This document shows positions 11,261 to 22,400 of a stretch of 64,000 nucleotides of DNA, in pieces. The translations under genes were made by a program, and so were the position numbers. This stretch comes from Podarcis bocagei. Lineage: Eukaryota. Location of the stretch: the NCBI GenBank assembly GCA_964188305.1, contig OZ076890.1. One strand, 5' to 3'. The number at the start of each line of letters is the position of its first letter. The stretch's first letter is position 1. The notes beneath the pieces are model-generated. The model searched no databases, was not told the origin of the DNA, and saw only the letters and a program-made list of their open reading frames with translations.

Positions 11261-11493
11261 GAGCATAGGCCCATGTAATTTTGTGTTGTCCGCACGGTTT
11301 GCAAGCAGCTGTCCAGGTTTTGGGTCTCTCTCACAGGTTTGCTGAGCCTGGGAATGGATCGTCTGCGTTCAGACGTCAGGGCTGTCGCCTATTTTTGTTT
11401 TGTTTTCCCTGGCAGGCTAAAGTGGCCTTGCCAAGGAGTTGTTTGAGAGGCAGAACTTCCAATATCCCCCCCCCCCCTGAGCATGGAGATGCA

Positions 11494-11837
11494 AGAGATG
11501 CAATGGCTAAAATGACCGGAAGAAACAGAAATCAGCAAGACCAAAATGTTAATAAAGGAATTGGGAAAATATATAACTTTTCTTAAAGGCCACTGTAAAC
11601 AGTTAAAATCGTTAGTAAGATTGGAATATCACTTGTAGTTTAATGGTGAATTTTGGATACAACGGAGAGATAAAAGATTTGGATTATTATAAAAGATGCA
11701 GGAGGAAATGATTGACAATAGGACTCACAAAGGGGAGGAGGGAAGTAAAAGAGATTCCTTGGAATCTTGTTTTTATGTTGTATGTTGAATATGTGACTGT
11801 AAAATTTTAATCTGAAAAACCAAATAAATACATTTAA
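11494..11837 (+). mobile_element. L1 LINE 3' fragment in TCEANC intron
   Basis: AMAKMTGRNRNQQDQ resembles a squamate L1 ORF2 C-terminus; AATAAA and A-rich end; flanked by a degenerate about 40-bp direct repeat. Confidence 0.65.
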
Positions 11838-13056
11838 AGAACTTCTAATATTTTATCCCCGAGCATGGAGATACAGTGAGGGTGGAAGTTGCCACTGGTT
11901 GGCATTTGCCAGTCAGTTTTCAGATGTTTGAAAGTTTCCCCATAGAAGTGGGAAACTTTTTCTTTCCTTTCCTTTCCAGCTTGAAGTTTAAGTCTATGTG
12001 GAAGTCACACTGACACTGAAGAAGCCTTTCCCCCTGTGGGTGTATGTGAATGAAAGAGTGACTTATGGATGCTAATAAATTGTGGCGGAAGATACTCTGC
12101 ACATTCTTAAGGGCCCTCTCTGCTTCACATTACGCAAGCAGAGTATTGGCAGCAGGCTCTGGAGCTCTGCTTTTGCTTGCACACACCCAGTCTGTTCCCT
12201 CCATTTGACACTGCGAGCCTTGCTTTCTGTACAAGGAGCAAATGAAGAACTGCAATCTTTGAAGAGGTTCTAAACGTGACATGACTCAAGAATCACTATG
12301 TCTAAAGGTATTGAGGGACAAATGGTTTTCCTCTCAATGATTGTCATGCTTTTATTATGTTGGCAAGTGGCTTTACGGTCATTCAGTTTCTTACATGGGT
12401 GGAGTTAAGAATTCTGCAAACAGCATCTTGTAAAGTCTACCTGATAAAATGTAGGAGCCCTGGGATTCCATGTTTGTATAACTAGGATTCAGCACAGCCT
12501 CGAATCACCATTTGCTGGGTTTTTGTTGCCAAGCCCACTGTTTTTCTTCTTCCTATCAGCTGGACAGCTCCCATGAGATGCATTTTGCATTTGGTTGTGT
12601 TCTATGCTTGGTAGACAGTCTCTACTATGGCCTTATGAAAGCTGAAATACCTATCACAGTACTCTGTGCTTAAAAGATATCACAGGGTGCAATTATTAAC
12701 ACTTCAATTACATAATGTACAGATGTTCTATGTTTACTTAAAGGTAAGCCCCAGTGAGCTCAGTGAGTGAATAAGATTACAAGCCCTTTTTATTTTATGT
12801 AGTTAAAAGGTTTGCACTCTGCATTTTTGCCCTTAAAGAGCCCCAGTGTGTTAATCACTATTGAAGGTGCAAACATTGCAATGACATTCGTATCTAGCAT
12901 TCTATGAAACATTTTATAGAATAGGTTTTGAGAAAGACCCTGTGTCATCTGAGAAATTATCTGAATCGGAGCTCTTGTGTTATACTTCTGCCCTTAATAC
13001 AATTCTATAGTGGCTGTAGAAAAGATGAATCTGCTTCTTTCATTACAGGATCTGAA

Positions 13057-14112
13057 ATGTCTTACAAAAAGGTTCTCATGACTAGAGCTGATTGTATAGA
13101 AAACCTGCTCTCTGAAAAAAAATACGAAGATATTGGAAGTCATCTTGCGTATCTTGAAACTGTTGATATGACTGTAGACTGTCTCCAGGAGACAGATATT
13201 GCCAAAGCTGTGTTCAGAATCCTCAAGAACTGCCCCTCTGTGGTACTGAAAAATAAGGCAAAGCATTTACTATCGAAGTGGAAAACACTGTATAAGCATC
13301 ATTGCAATCAATGCATACAAATTAAGCCAGTATTACCTGATAATGCAAAAGAAGATTCTGATCCCCTTAACATAGTCCTGGCAGATGCAAACACTTCTGG
13401 AAAACTGAATCAGCGTGAGATATTAGGCCCTGCCAGTTCCAAGAGTTGCCTGCTATCAGAAAACCATCCACAAGATACTGGAAGTAATGTGCAAAAAGAC
13501 AACGCAATTCAGCCTGCACTTCAAGAGCACGTGAGTTCTGTTAGTGAAACAAGCCCATTTCAGGTTCATACTACAGCTATGAGATGCAGATGTATAGAGC
13601 TTCTTTATGAAGCTTTGATTGACTCAACAAGTAATGCAAGTGAAAAGCACCACAAGATTGCTGAAGAAGTTGAACAACATATCTTTGTACTTCATGCTAA
13701 AAACGACAGAAAATACAAAAACTGCATCCGAAGCAAAGTTTCTAACTTGAAGAATCCAAAAAATGCTCACTTAAAACGTAACCTGCTTCTAGGGACTTTG
13801 AATCCTAAGACATTTGCTGAGATGTCCACAATGGAAATGGCACATGATGAACTAAAGCAGCTCAGAGCTTCGTATACAGAATCATCTGTTCTGGAGCATC
13901 AGCTCCCTCAAAGCATCAGTGGGACACATACAGACAAAATAAAATGTAGACGCTGTGAAAAATTTGATTGCACTGTTACTGCAATTGCCAGGGGAGCTCT
14001 TTTCCTTCCTGGTTGGGTACGAAATGCAAATCCAGATGAACAAATGATGACTTATGTAATTTGTAATGAATGTGGAGAGCAGTGGTACCACAGCAGATGG
14101 ATTTGTTTGTGA
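13057..14112 (+). CDS. TCEANC: Transcription elongation factor A N-terminal and central domain-containing protein, 351 aa
   Basis: TFIIS N-terminal (LQETDIAKAV..LLSKWK), central (YKNCIRSKVSNLKNPKN) and Zn-ribbon (CRRC..DEQMMTYVICNECGEQW) domains; acceptor ttacag| at 13048 places the start at ATG 13057; AATAAA at 14227. Confidence 0.96.
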   Translation: MSYKKVLMTRADCIENLLSEKKYEDIGSHLAYLETVDMTVDCLQETDIAKAVFRILKNCPSVVLKNKAKHLLSKWKTLYKHHCNQCIQIKPVLPDNAKEDSDPLNIVLADANTSGKLNQREILGPASSKSCLLSENHPQDTGSNVQKDNAIQPALQEHVSSVSETSPFQVHTTAMRCRCIELLYEALIDSTSNASEKHHKIAEEVEQHIFVLHAKNDRKYKNCIRSKVSNLKNPKNAHLKRNLLLGTLNPKTFAEMSTMEMAHDELKQLRASYTESSVLEHQLPQSISGTHTDKIKCRRCEKFDCTVTAIARGALFLPGWVRNANPDEQMMTYVICNECGEQWYHSRWICL

Positions 14113-14649
14113 TTATGCATCCTTTAATCCCTACGTCTTCAGAGGAGATAAGTATTAAATATGAAATTACCAAAGTACAGCTATCTGAATAAGGAATATT
14201 TAAAGTGCTGTAATGTTTGGTAATGCAATAAAAAGTAGATGAGCGTTATGAAGCAAAATGGTTATAAAGCTATTTGAGAGATCAAATTTTAAGTTGCTTT
14301 AAACTGTTTTTAATATTAAGTAATATTGTGTTTTAATATTAATGTTGTATTTTAATTGTTGCAAAAAGTAATTGTTGTAACCCGCCCTGGAACCTTAGGG
14401 TGAAGGTAAATAATTTGTAATATTAAATATTATTAATAAATCAGAATATGACTCAGTACTCCCCACTTCTTAATTAAGACTGATGTCACTATAATCATTC
14501 TCAAGCATATATTTGTTAAAACTTTTATCAAGACTGATTTTTAAAATCTAGCAAATCTGTACTCATTTTATGTAATACTGGACCAAAATACAGAAAGGAG
14601 TTTTATGAACTTTAGAAACACTAATTGAAATCCTAACCCCTTAGCTTTT

Positions 14650-15400
14650 CCCCCCATGGAGTGGTAGTTCAAAGACGCAAAATAGAATAAGAAGCATTTG
14701 GGAGCAGGGATGGCGTCCTTGCAATGTGGCAAGACAAGGATCCTGTATTTTGCCAAAGTGGTGTGGTTGCCTTGACAATGGAGATATAACTTCCCCTTGA
14801 TATCAGTTTAAACTGAGGACGAAGGAGTGGCTTTGTCATGTAGCCAGAGTTTTAAAGTTATGTTGTGCTTTCATGTTCATTACAGGATTGGTTGGGATCG
14901 CAATAAAGAAGGAAGCCTTTAAAATAGTATGAAAAGTGTAAGGGGAAAGCGAAAGGAGCCCTGAAACCTCTGAGTGTGGAAATTCGGCACTGCACTTATT
15001 TTGCATATTGCCAAGCTCTTATCTTGAGCATTTGTACTTTTGTTTTGGATCTGAGAGACAGATTAGAGATTTTGCTGGTATATCAACCATACCACTGTCC
15101 TTCAGTTTCCCGTTTAGAATTGGCAGAAGTAGTTTTGAGTACGATGTTGGAAACTGCCAAAATTATTGTTCTGGAGGATCTCGACATTCTCACTGAGGCT
15201 GTCTTAGGACTTACTTCATGACCACTGTGACACTCATGGATGTATTTTAGCCTGTTATACACACTCAGCAGGGTGTACTTTGGAGTTCATGTTTTTCAAC
15301 TGATCAAGTTTTTTGTAATTTGAAGATTGAAGGGGGTTACTTTGAACCTATTGTCAAGGTCAGATCACTTCCTTGTGGGGCTTAGACAGGCCAACAAACC
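14650..15400 (+). mobile_element. Degenerate L2 ORF2 endonuclease fragment
   Basis: DRLEILLVYQPYHCPSVSRLELAEVV..IIVLEDLDI resembles the APE motif (VYRPP..LGDFN). Confidence 0.6.
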
Positions 15401-15541
15401 AGAATAAGAGACCATGATTTTAAGAGGTTAGCATGGCATGGTTAGTGCTATGATTCAGCATGATGACTCAGTTTCATAGCTACAGCTCTTGCTCCACATT
15501 CAAAGTTGGTTGCACCATTAGGCAGGAGTGAATTTATTAAA

Positions 15542-15901
15542 AAAGGTAAAGGTAAAGGACCCCTCACAGTTAAGTCCAGTTGCAGATGACTCTGGGGTTG
15601 CGGTGCTCATCTCGCTTCACAGGCCGAGGGAGCTGGCGTTTGTCCGCAGACAGTTTTTCTGAGTCATGACTAAGCCACTTCTGGCGAAATCAGAGCAGTG
15701 CACGGAAACACCGTTTACCTTCCCGCCAGAGCAGTACCTATTTATCTACTTGCACTTTGACGTGCTTTTGAATTGCTAGGTTGGCAGGAGCAGGGACCAA
15801 GCAACGGGAGCTCACCCCATCTTGGGGATTCGAACCACCGACCTTCTGATTGGCAAGCCAAAGAGGCTCAGTGGTTTAGACCACAGCGCCACCTGCATCC
15901 C
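15542..15901 (-). mobile_element. Sauria SINE (Squam1), full length
   Basis: Minus strand starts GGGATGCAGGTGGCGCTGTGGTCTAAACC with B-box ggttcgaatcc and ends in (ACCTTT)n. Confidence 0.92.
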
Positions 15902-16771
15902 TTAAACAGAGTGCTTATAATGAAAAGTGGAAGGAGACAGTGTTAAGCTGTAAGCTTTCTTGTAGGACCAGCGCGGTGGATTTAGGGCACTGGAAGTGGT
16001 GCGTTTGCAAGGGCTGGGGAGGAGGCCATCGAATGGCCTCGCACAGGGCAGCATATTACCAATGGACACCCCTGCCTAGACATTTTAGCACTTGAGGTGA
16101 ACCCACAAAATGCTGTGTCCCTCTTCCCACCAGGGAAGAAGGGGTGAGTGAAGATCTACAACAGGCCTTTGACTAATTAAACAATCAATGACCTTTTAAA
16201 CAATGCGTGGGTTTTAATGTTTTTGTTTGTTACTGTGTTATGCATTTTTGTGTTTTGGTATTGTAAGCTGCCCTGAGATCCTTAGATGAAGGGCGATATA
16301 GAAATCCAATAAATAATAAACAGGAACAAGGGAAAAATGAAGAGCTATATTGGAATATGCCGCCCCTATAGATCCTGCCATCTCACCTTGCCTCATGGGT
16401 GGGCTGGCTCTGCATTCCTGTTATATAATAAGCAACAGAAGAGATGCTTTGTGTTTTAACCAATGATGTGTCTAAATGTCTTTTCTTTGCCACGGTTGCT
16501 CTTACCATCTGAACCATGCACCCGAGAAGCATATGCTTTCATCCTGAACTATGGTTTTTCACATCATCTAACATTATTCCAGTGCTTAATCTTAGCAAAA
16601 TAAATAGGCACTGCTTAATATTCTCTAGCATGCTATGTCATGGAGCATAAGTGAATGTCCCAAATGTCTAACAAATGATGCTGCAAAGGGCATCTTATGT
16701 TCTTCAGAAAAAGGAACTGAGTGTCCTGTCCCTGATTCTTCTTCACAGCTCACTTACGCTCGTGCTGACTG

Positions 16772-16841
16772 GCATTCAACCTCCTGATGAATTGTAATTA
16801 CATGAAACAGCTGAATTACAATTCATCAAGAGGTTCAGTGC
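16772..16841 (+). ncRNA. Hairpin derived from a minimal hammerhead ribozyme motif (Penelope-type); function unknown
   Basis: CTGATGA 16784-16790, GAAA 16804-16807, palindromic CAGCTG; 28-bp arms (16772-16799 / 16814-16841, 3 mismatches); AATAAA at 16858. Confidence 0.5.
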
Positions 16842-16986
16842 TGTGACTTGTGGACTGAATAAAGACGTTAGATTATCACACTGCATATGTTAATTTGTTT
16901 TCTAGTGCCAGGGCATCTGTGTTAACAGTAACCTTTTTGTGTGAATGGCCAGTGTTAGAATCAAAGACCTTGCGGGCTGTCTAGTC

Positions 16987-17326
16987 CAGGGGTTGGCAAA
17001 GTTTGTGTGGCTTGGGCTGGTTCACGGTCCCGCAGACGCAGCGGTGGGCCGGAGTGTGTGAACACATGCACACGCAAATGCTATTTCCGGCGCAGAGGAG
17101 GCGTGCACAGCTTCCCATTGGCTGCAGGAACTTCCTGCAGCCAATGGGAAGCCAGCCAGCATCGCAGAAGGCAGTCCCCGCTCTGCTCCATGCCGGTTTA
17201 GTGCGGTGCACAGGAGCCAACCGAGCAGGTGGCAGGGGTCCCCGAGCGGGCGGTGGGGGTCCATGGGCCAGTTAAACAACCCCATGGGGCGCTTGTGGCC
17301 CATGGGCCTTAGGTTGCCGACCCCTG
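16987..17326. mobile_element. Non-autonomous hAT element inserted into a minus-strand Squam2/CR1-type tail
   Basis: TIR caggggttggcaa / ttgccgacccctg; perfect 8-bp TSD gtctagtc (16979-16986, 17327-17334). Confidence 0.92.
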
Positions 17327-17521
17327 GTCTAGTCCAACCCCCTGCAATGCAGGAATCTTGACTAAAGAAGCCATGGCCATTCAACCTCTGCTTAAAACCT
17401 GACCTAATGTTAGTCACATAATTCTCACCATATGTACTTTCATTTTCCTCTGACTTGACTGCTTACAATCCCTTTTCCTTTCTTTCTCTGTGTATACCTG
17501 CAACACAGGATGACACTTTAT

Positions 17522-17601
17522 ATATTTGATGAAGTGGTCTGTAGTCCATGAAAACTTCTGCTATAATAAATCGGTAGTCTCCACGGTGCCACAAAACCCT
17601 T
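17522..17601 (+). mobile_element. Penelope-like element terminus with degenerate minimal hammerhead
   Basis: tTGATGAa-gtgg tctgtagt ccat-GAAAacttctgc, AATAAA, then ggtgccacaa; the typical reptile Penelope end. Confidence 0.7.
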
Positions 17602-17829
17602 TCAGCCATCGAGACATCATTATCACTATTTTGCAGATATGAACCTGAAATCGAAAGTGTGTTTTTACTTACTACTGCATATAAACGGTCATTAGCTTCT
17701 TGTAGTCATTATTTGATGAAAGAAAATGTTAAGTCCATGTGAGTTCATTTAGGCTGCATCCCATTCCCAATTAATGTTTAAATTCAGTTGCGCTAACTAG
17801 AATTAATTTATTTGAACTCAGTTGATGGG

Positions 17830-18320
17830 AATCCAATTAGACAATATGACTAGGTAAACAAAGGGTTTCATCGGCAATTTGTAGGCATCCTTCCAAGGCT
17901 CTGAATGTAAATGTGAAGGGCAAATATTTGTTGAATATTTGAAAACAGACTTGAGGAACCCCAGTATTGCTTAATATTGTAAATAGATTATTCAGGTACT
18001 GCAAACAGGTAATTGGCAACAGGTTGTTGTTGCTTTTTTTTAATAATAAAAAAATCCCCAGAAAGCAAAATCTGGATAAAATAGAGACAGGCATTTTGAT
18101 ACCAACTATGCCAAGTGGGGAAAAAAATATTGCATGAGGAAACACCAATCTCACAATAAACACTCATCTGCAAGCAGCCAGAAAGGGGAAAAGTTGAGAA
18201 CTGCCTTTGGGGGAAAACTTTGAATGAGTGATGTGATGGGAGATGAACCAGGTAAGACCGTAGTTGTTGACATTTAAACCAAGAGGAAGTCAACAGTGCC
18301 AACAACTGGATAACACTGAA
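17830..18320 (-). mobile_element. Highly degenerate L1/Tx1 ORF2 fragment
   Basis: PLGIVGIKMPVSILSRFCFL..LPITCLQYLNNLF resembles the post-RT region of L1/Tx1. Confidence 0.4.
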
Positions 18321-18469
18321 GGTGGATGAGGACAGACAGAGGAGAGACCTTTTTTCAGCAGCTAATGGAAAAAGGGGCAGCCCATTTCAAGTGCCACAGA
18401 CAATGCTGCGGACAAATACGTTACTGCTGCTAAGTGGCATTTCCCCTGAAATGGTGACTACCCCGGGGT

Positions 18470-19400
18470 GGGGCGTGAGAAGCAAGGGGGGAGGCCCCTC
18501 TCTCCCTAGCAACAGTCCCACCCTAGCAACAGCCAGCCCGCCCGCTCCGGACGGAGTTGCGGCTGCCCTTCCCCTGGCGTCACGTGAACGCCAGGCCCCG
18601 CCCCCGTGGCGCAGCCTCCGCCATGTTGTTTTTTTCTCCTCCGAAGCGGCCCCTCCCCCACCACCCCTGGCACCTTTGCGAACGGCGGCTGCGGGTGACT
18701 CGAAGAGCCTCGTTCTTGCCCCTCGCGGCCTTCGTGGTAGGTAGGTGGGCGCGAGCGAGCGCCGGGCCCCTTTCCTCGGGGCGGCGGGTGGAAAGGAGGA
18801 AAGCGGTCTCCGCTGGCTTTCGGGGGGACACGGGGGGCTTTACGGGACTGGGCTAGCAGCAGGCTCGTGCCTTGCTTGCTGGGGAGGGATGCTGCAGGGC
18901 TGCTCTGGTTCTGCTTCTTGGCTTTTGGGTGGCTGGGGTTCCCCTTGTCGCAAATAAAGGGAGCCAGCGACTCCCCCCTCCCCCCAAAAAAGAGTGATTG
19001 TTTTGCAGGGTAAGTAAGCGGAGTTTAAATCGCTTCCTCAGGCTACCCAGCCGTGCAATTGGTATATATATGTTTCATTGATTTTAAGCCCGTGGTAGGA
19101 CTGCGGTACTAGAGAGGGGGGCGTTGTTGTTTTGTGGGGTGGTGTCAGGGTCCGCACCTTTCGCCATGGGCTCGTTTCCTGCGCAGTGACGAGAGAGGCT
19201 TTTCCCTATAGAGGTGCTTCGTGAAACTTCCTCGGAGGAGGGGGGGCCGGGGTCTCAGGCGGCTGATGCTGCCCGCCTGTTTTCCTGCCTGACTTGCAAA
19301 AGGTGGCGTGATTAAAGGTCCCGTGATGGAGAGGCAGGCGGCGGCGGTTCGCTTGAGAAATAGCTGCTCTTCTATACTTATCGGCTGGCACATGACCAGT
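18470..19400 (+). promoter_or_regulatory. RAB9A: RAB9A CpG-island promoter and non-coding exon 1 (donor after 18736 or 18740)
   Basis: CpG-dense; E-box gtcacgtga 18579-18587; GC box about 18594; YY1-like ccgccat 18618; donor gtaggt. Confidence 0.8.
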
Positions 19401-22400
19401 TTCTCCCTAGGGCAGTTTCTCAGAACTGATTAAAGTCACTGGACTGCTCAAAGGACAGCTCCGCTTCTTATGTATGTCCCCTTTGTCTGCCTTCATTTTT
19501 CTGGCGCTTTTCATGTGGAAAATCCCCGTACCTTCCCATTTGAGGATGATGTATGATACCATTTACTTGGCTGCTCGTCTGGTTTTTTGTGAACAAACTC
19601 TTCCTACCTGTGCATGAAAACAAAGAGCTTTTGCTTTATGCTTATCCAGTGCCAAATGAGATGAAGTACTGGGTCTATCTAGCTGTGTGGCAAATAACTG
19701 CTGTGGGTTGGCTTAAAACTGTTAAGATTTTTTTGGTTGTTTCTGTCATATGGAAGAACAAGGAATGTAGGATGTTTGTCCTTAGCAAGGATAAGAGTTT
19801 CAAAACATTTTTTTCCAGAACATTGCGTAAAAGTAATTCTTGATTGTGTTGGAAAGCCACTTGAATGAAGGTGCAACTTTGTGGTATGTAAAGGACTACC
19901 CTGAGTGCTGCTTAACTTCAAAATTCTTCAAGACACAATGGTCAGACTTAAGTTTCTCTAGCCCTGTTTTCTGAGCCTGTAACTGAACAGCTCTGATTTG
20001 CTTGTGTCAGAGTCCTAGGGTGAAGCTTTGCAGATAAACTTCATTATGCCAAAACTGCCAGTGAAGGATATTCTACTGTTTTCCTAGGCCGCTTAGTACA
20101 TTGCCTCACTGTACCTACAGTTTAAAAGTACTTCCTTATACTTAAGCTAACCTTGCCTGTCTGCAACTTAAATCTAAAATTGGAGGGGAAATATTTTATG
20201 TCAACTTCTAAAAAAATCTCTGAAAAGATCAAGCTGCGGGGGTGGGGGAAGATCCCACTTTTAAATTGCACAAATCACTAATGCAGGGGGGAGGTGGGGT
20301 GTCAGGAGTCCGCCAAACCTATTGCTAAAGTTGTGTCATACAACCAGGTGTAGGGAAATTGCAGGTGCTTGTTTTCTTGAACACATGACACTTAGTTCCT
20401 GCTGATTAAAGAATGTTTATGTGTGTCTGCAGTATTCATTTGTGGATAGAATTAGTATTTGTTTAGTACATTTTTATCACACCTTCATTTCATCATGGAA
20501 CTTATGGTGTCTTACCATGAAGTTTCTAGGCACTGACCAAACCCAGACCTGCCTAGTTTCAGCAGGGTTGCCGTATCATCTTTCCCCAGCTGTACATATT
20601 TTTAAATTTTATCTTATGTATTTAGAAATTACCTCACAACCAGAAGCTATTGAAGTGGTGTACAATAAGATAAAGTGAGTTAAAATACAAAAGATAGACT
20701 CCAAAAAGACTAAACCTAATTATACAACTGTACAATTAATATTCCATAAAATGACTGAGTCATTTGTGGGGAAAACTTAAACTAAAACATCTTCAGTTCC
20801 CCCCCTAAATATCAAGATGTTAGGTCACTTTCAAATTTCAGCTGCTTACTGATTCCACTGGGCTGGAGCTGCAACACCACAATGTGAGTAGGTCTGTGCC
20901 AACCATTGTAATTTCACCAATATTTTTATTGGAAGCTCTGACTCGTGTAATTCAGTCATGAGGAGGGAAAAGGTATCTAGAAGTAGGCACAAAAGCTATT
21001 ATAGATAAAATAGATTTGAAAAAATTCTTAAGCCTTTGGGGAAGCTTTGAGGAACAGGTTCTGATGTGTAAAGGGCTGCATCAAGTTTTGCTTAATTTCA
21101 CCAGAAGGACAAAAACCTTCTGGTTTTAGATTTTTATGGTCCTATTTTCCGAGTCAGTGATTAAATAGCTTTAAATTCCTGTAATGTGTGCTGTTTGCTC
21201 TCCACGTCTAGTGTGTATTTATAGCTGGCCATGGATTTTGTGATATGGTACTGCTAGTATATTGGGCCTTAACTTTCTAGTCCCTCTAACTAGTGCTTCT
21301 TGAATACACAGCTCTTCAGTTTTTAAGTTCCTCTCCAATAGCTTGATCCAGAAAAGAGGGGGATGGTGATGGTGAATGGGGCCTTGTGATCTGATGAGGT
21401 AACCTTACATGCTGCTGATAGGATTTTCTTATCTATGAGAGACCAGGCTTGCACCATGGGAGTCTGTAAATCCAGCTTGCTTCTCGAAGCATGGTTTCAA
21501 TTAGTGCTATCAGATTTGCCTATCAAGAAAAACACATAAGCTATAATCCTGTACATGTATGACTTAAATTCCTCTTTAACTTCAGTGGAAACTTAGAAAC
21601 CCAACAGACATCACTGTTTTAAATATTCCTATACATTCATGTGTGTTTCTAGCTTTATTTGGTATTAAATCAGACATTCATAAATAATTGGACCAAAACC
21701 CCAGATCTCACTTTAAAAAGAGTCCAGCACACCTGATAGCTGGTATTCTGAATTTCAAAGTAATCCTAACCCCTAGCTTTCAGTAGTCAAACATACTCGT
21801 TTACATACTTTACAGAACATCTGAAGTACTTTGACTGCCTTTAAAGTAAATCTCATTTAACAAATAATTTGGTGCTACAGAATATATTGTTATAAGCCGA
21901 AATTACAAAGCACCCTTGAAGTGATTTGTAAGTAGTTAGATTTTTTTTTTACCTGGGGAAAAATAATATAGTGGGTTAAAATAATATAGTGGGTTAAATT
22001 CCCCCAACACTGAATTACCTTTCACACCCCCCTCACCCCTGCAAAGTGCCTTTCTACTACATCTGGTTACTTGAACAAAGTTTGATAAGAGAAGCAATAA
22101 GGCTATAGACCTGAAACATGAACAGTCATACAGCCTAATCCTGTCAATGATTACTCAAGAAGTACTACAATTTTAATTAAACTGAGGCTGCAGTGCTGTG
22201 ATTTGGTACAGCTTTCTTTTGGGTAGACATGTATAAATTTGTGTTTTATTTCCAGGTATATAATCACTTACATTAAAAGGGCATAAGAACTAGACTATAA
22301 AGAATAAAATGCTTGGAATAACATGAAAACCATTAGTTTCTTCAGAAAGGTAGAGTGCAATATTTAAAAAACTTCTACCCTTAAAGGTAAAAACATGAGG

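Noticed and set aside
10630-11345. Arg/Pro/Ala-rich ORFs (also 18322-19393 and 33586-34107)
   Set aside because: Stop-poor CpG-island promoters with no recognisable protein similarity
12928-13056. 43-aa N-terminal extension of TCEANC in the ORF track
   Set aside because: Starts at TTG in intron sequence; a good acceptor at 13048 precedes ATG 13057
21963-21998. 18-bp tandem duplication in RAB9A intron
   Set aside because: Simple local duplication with no visible functional context
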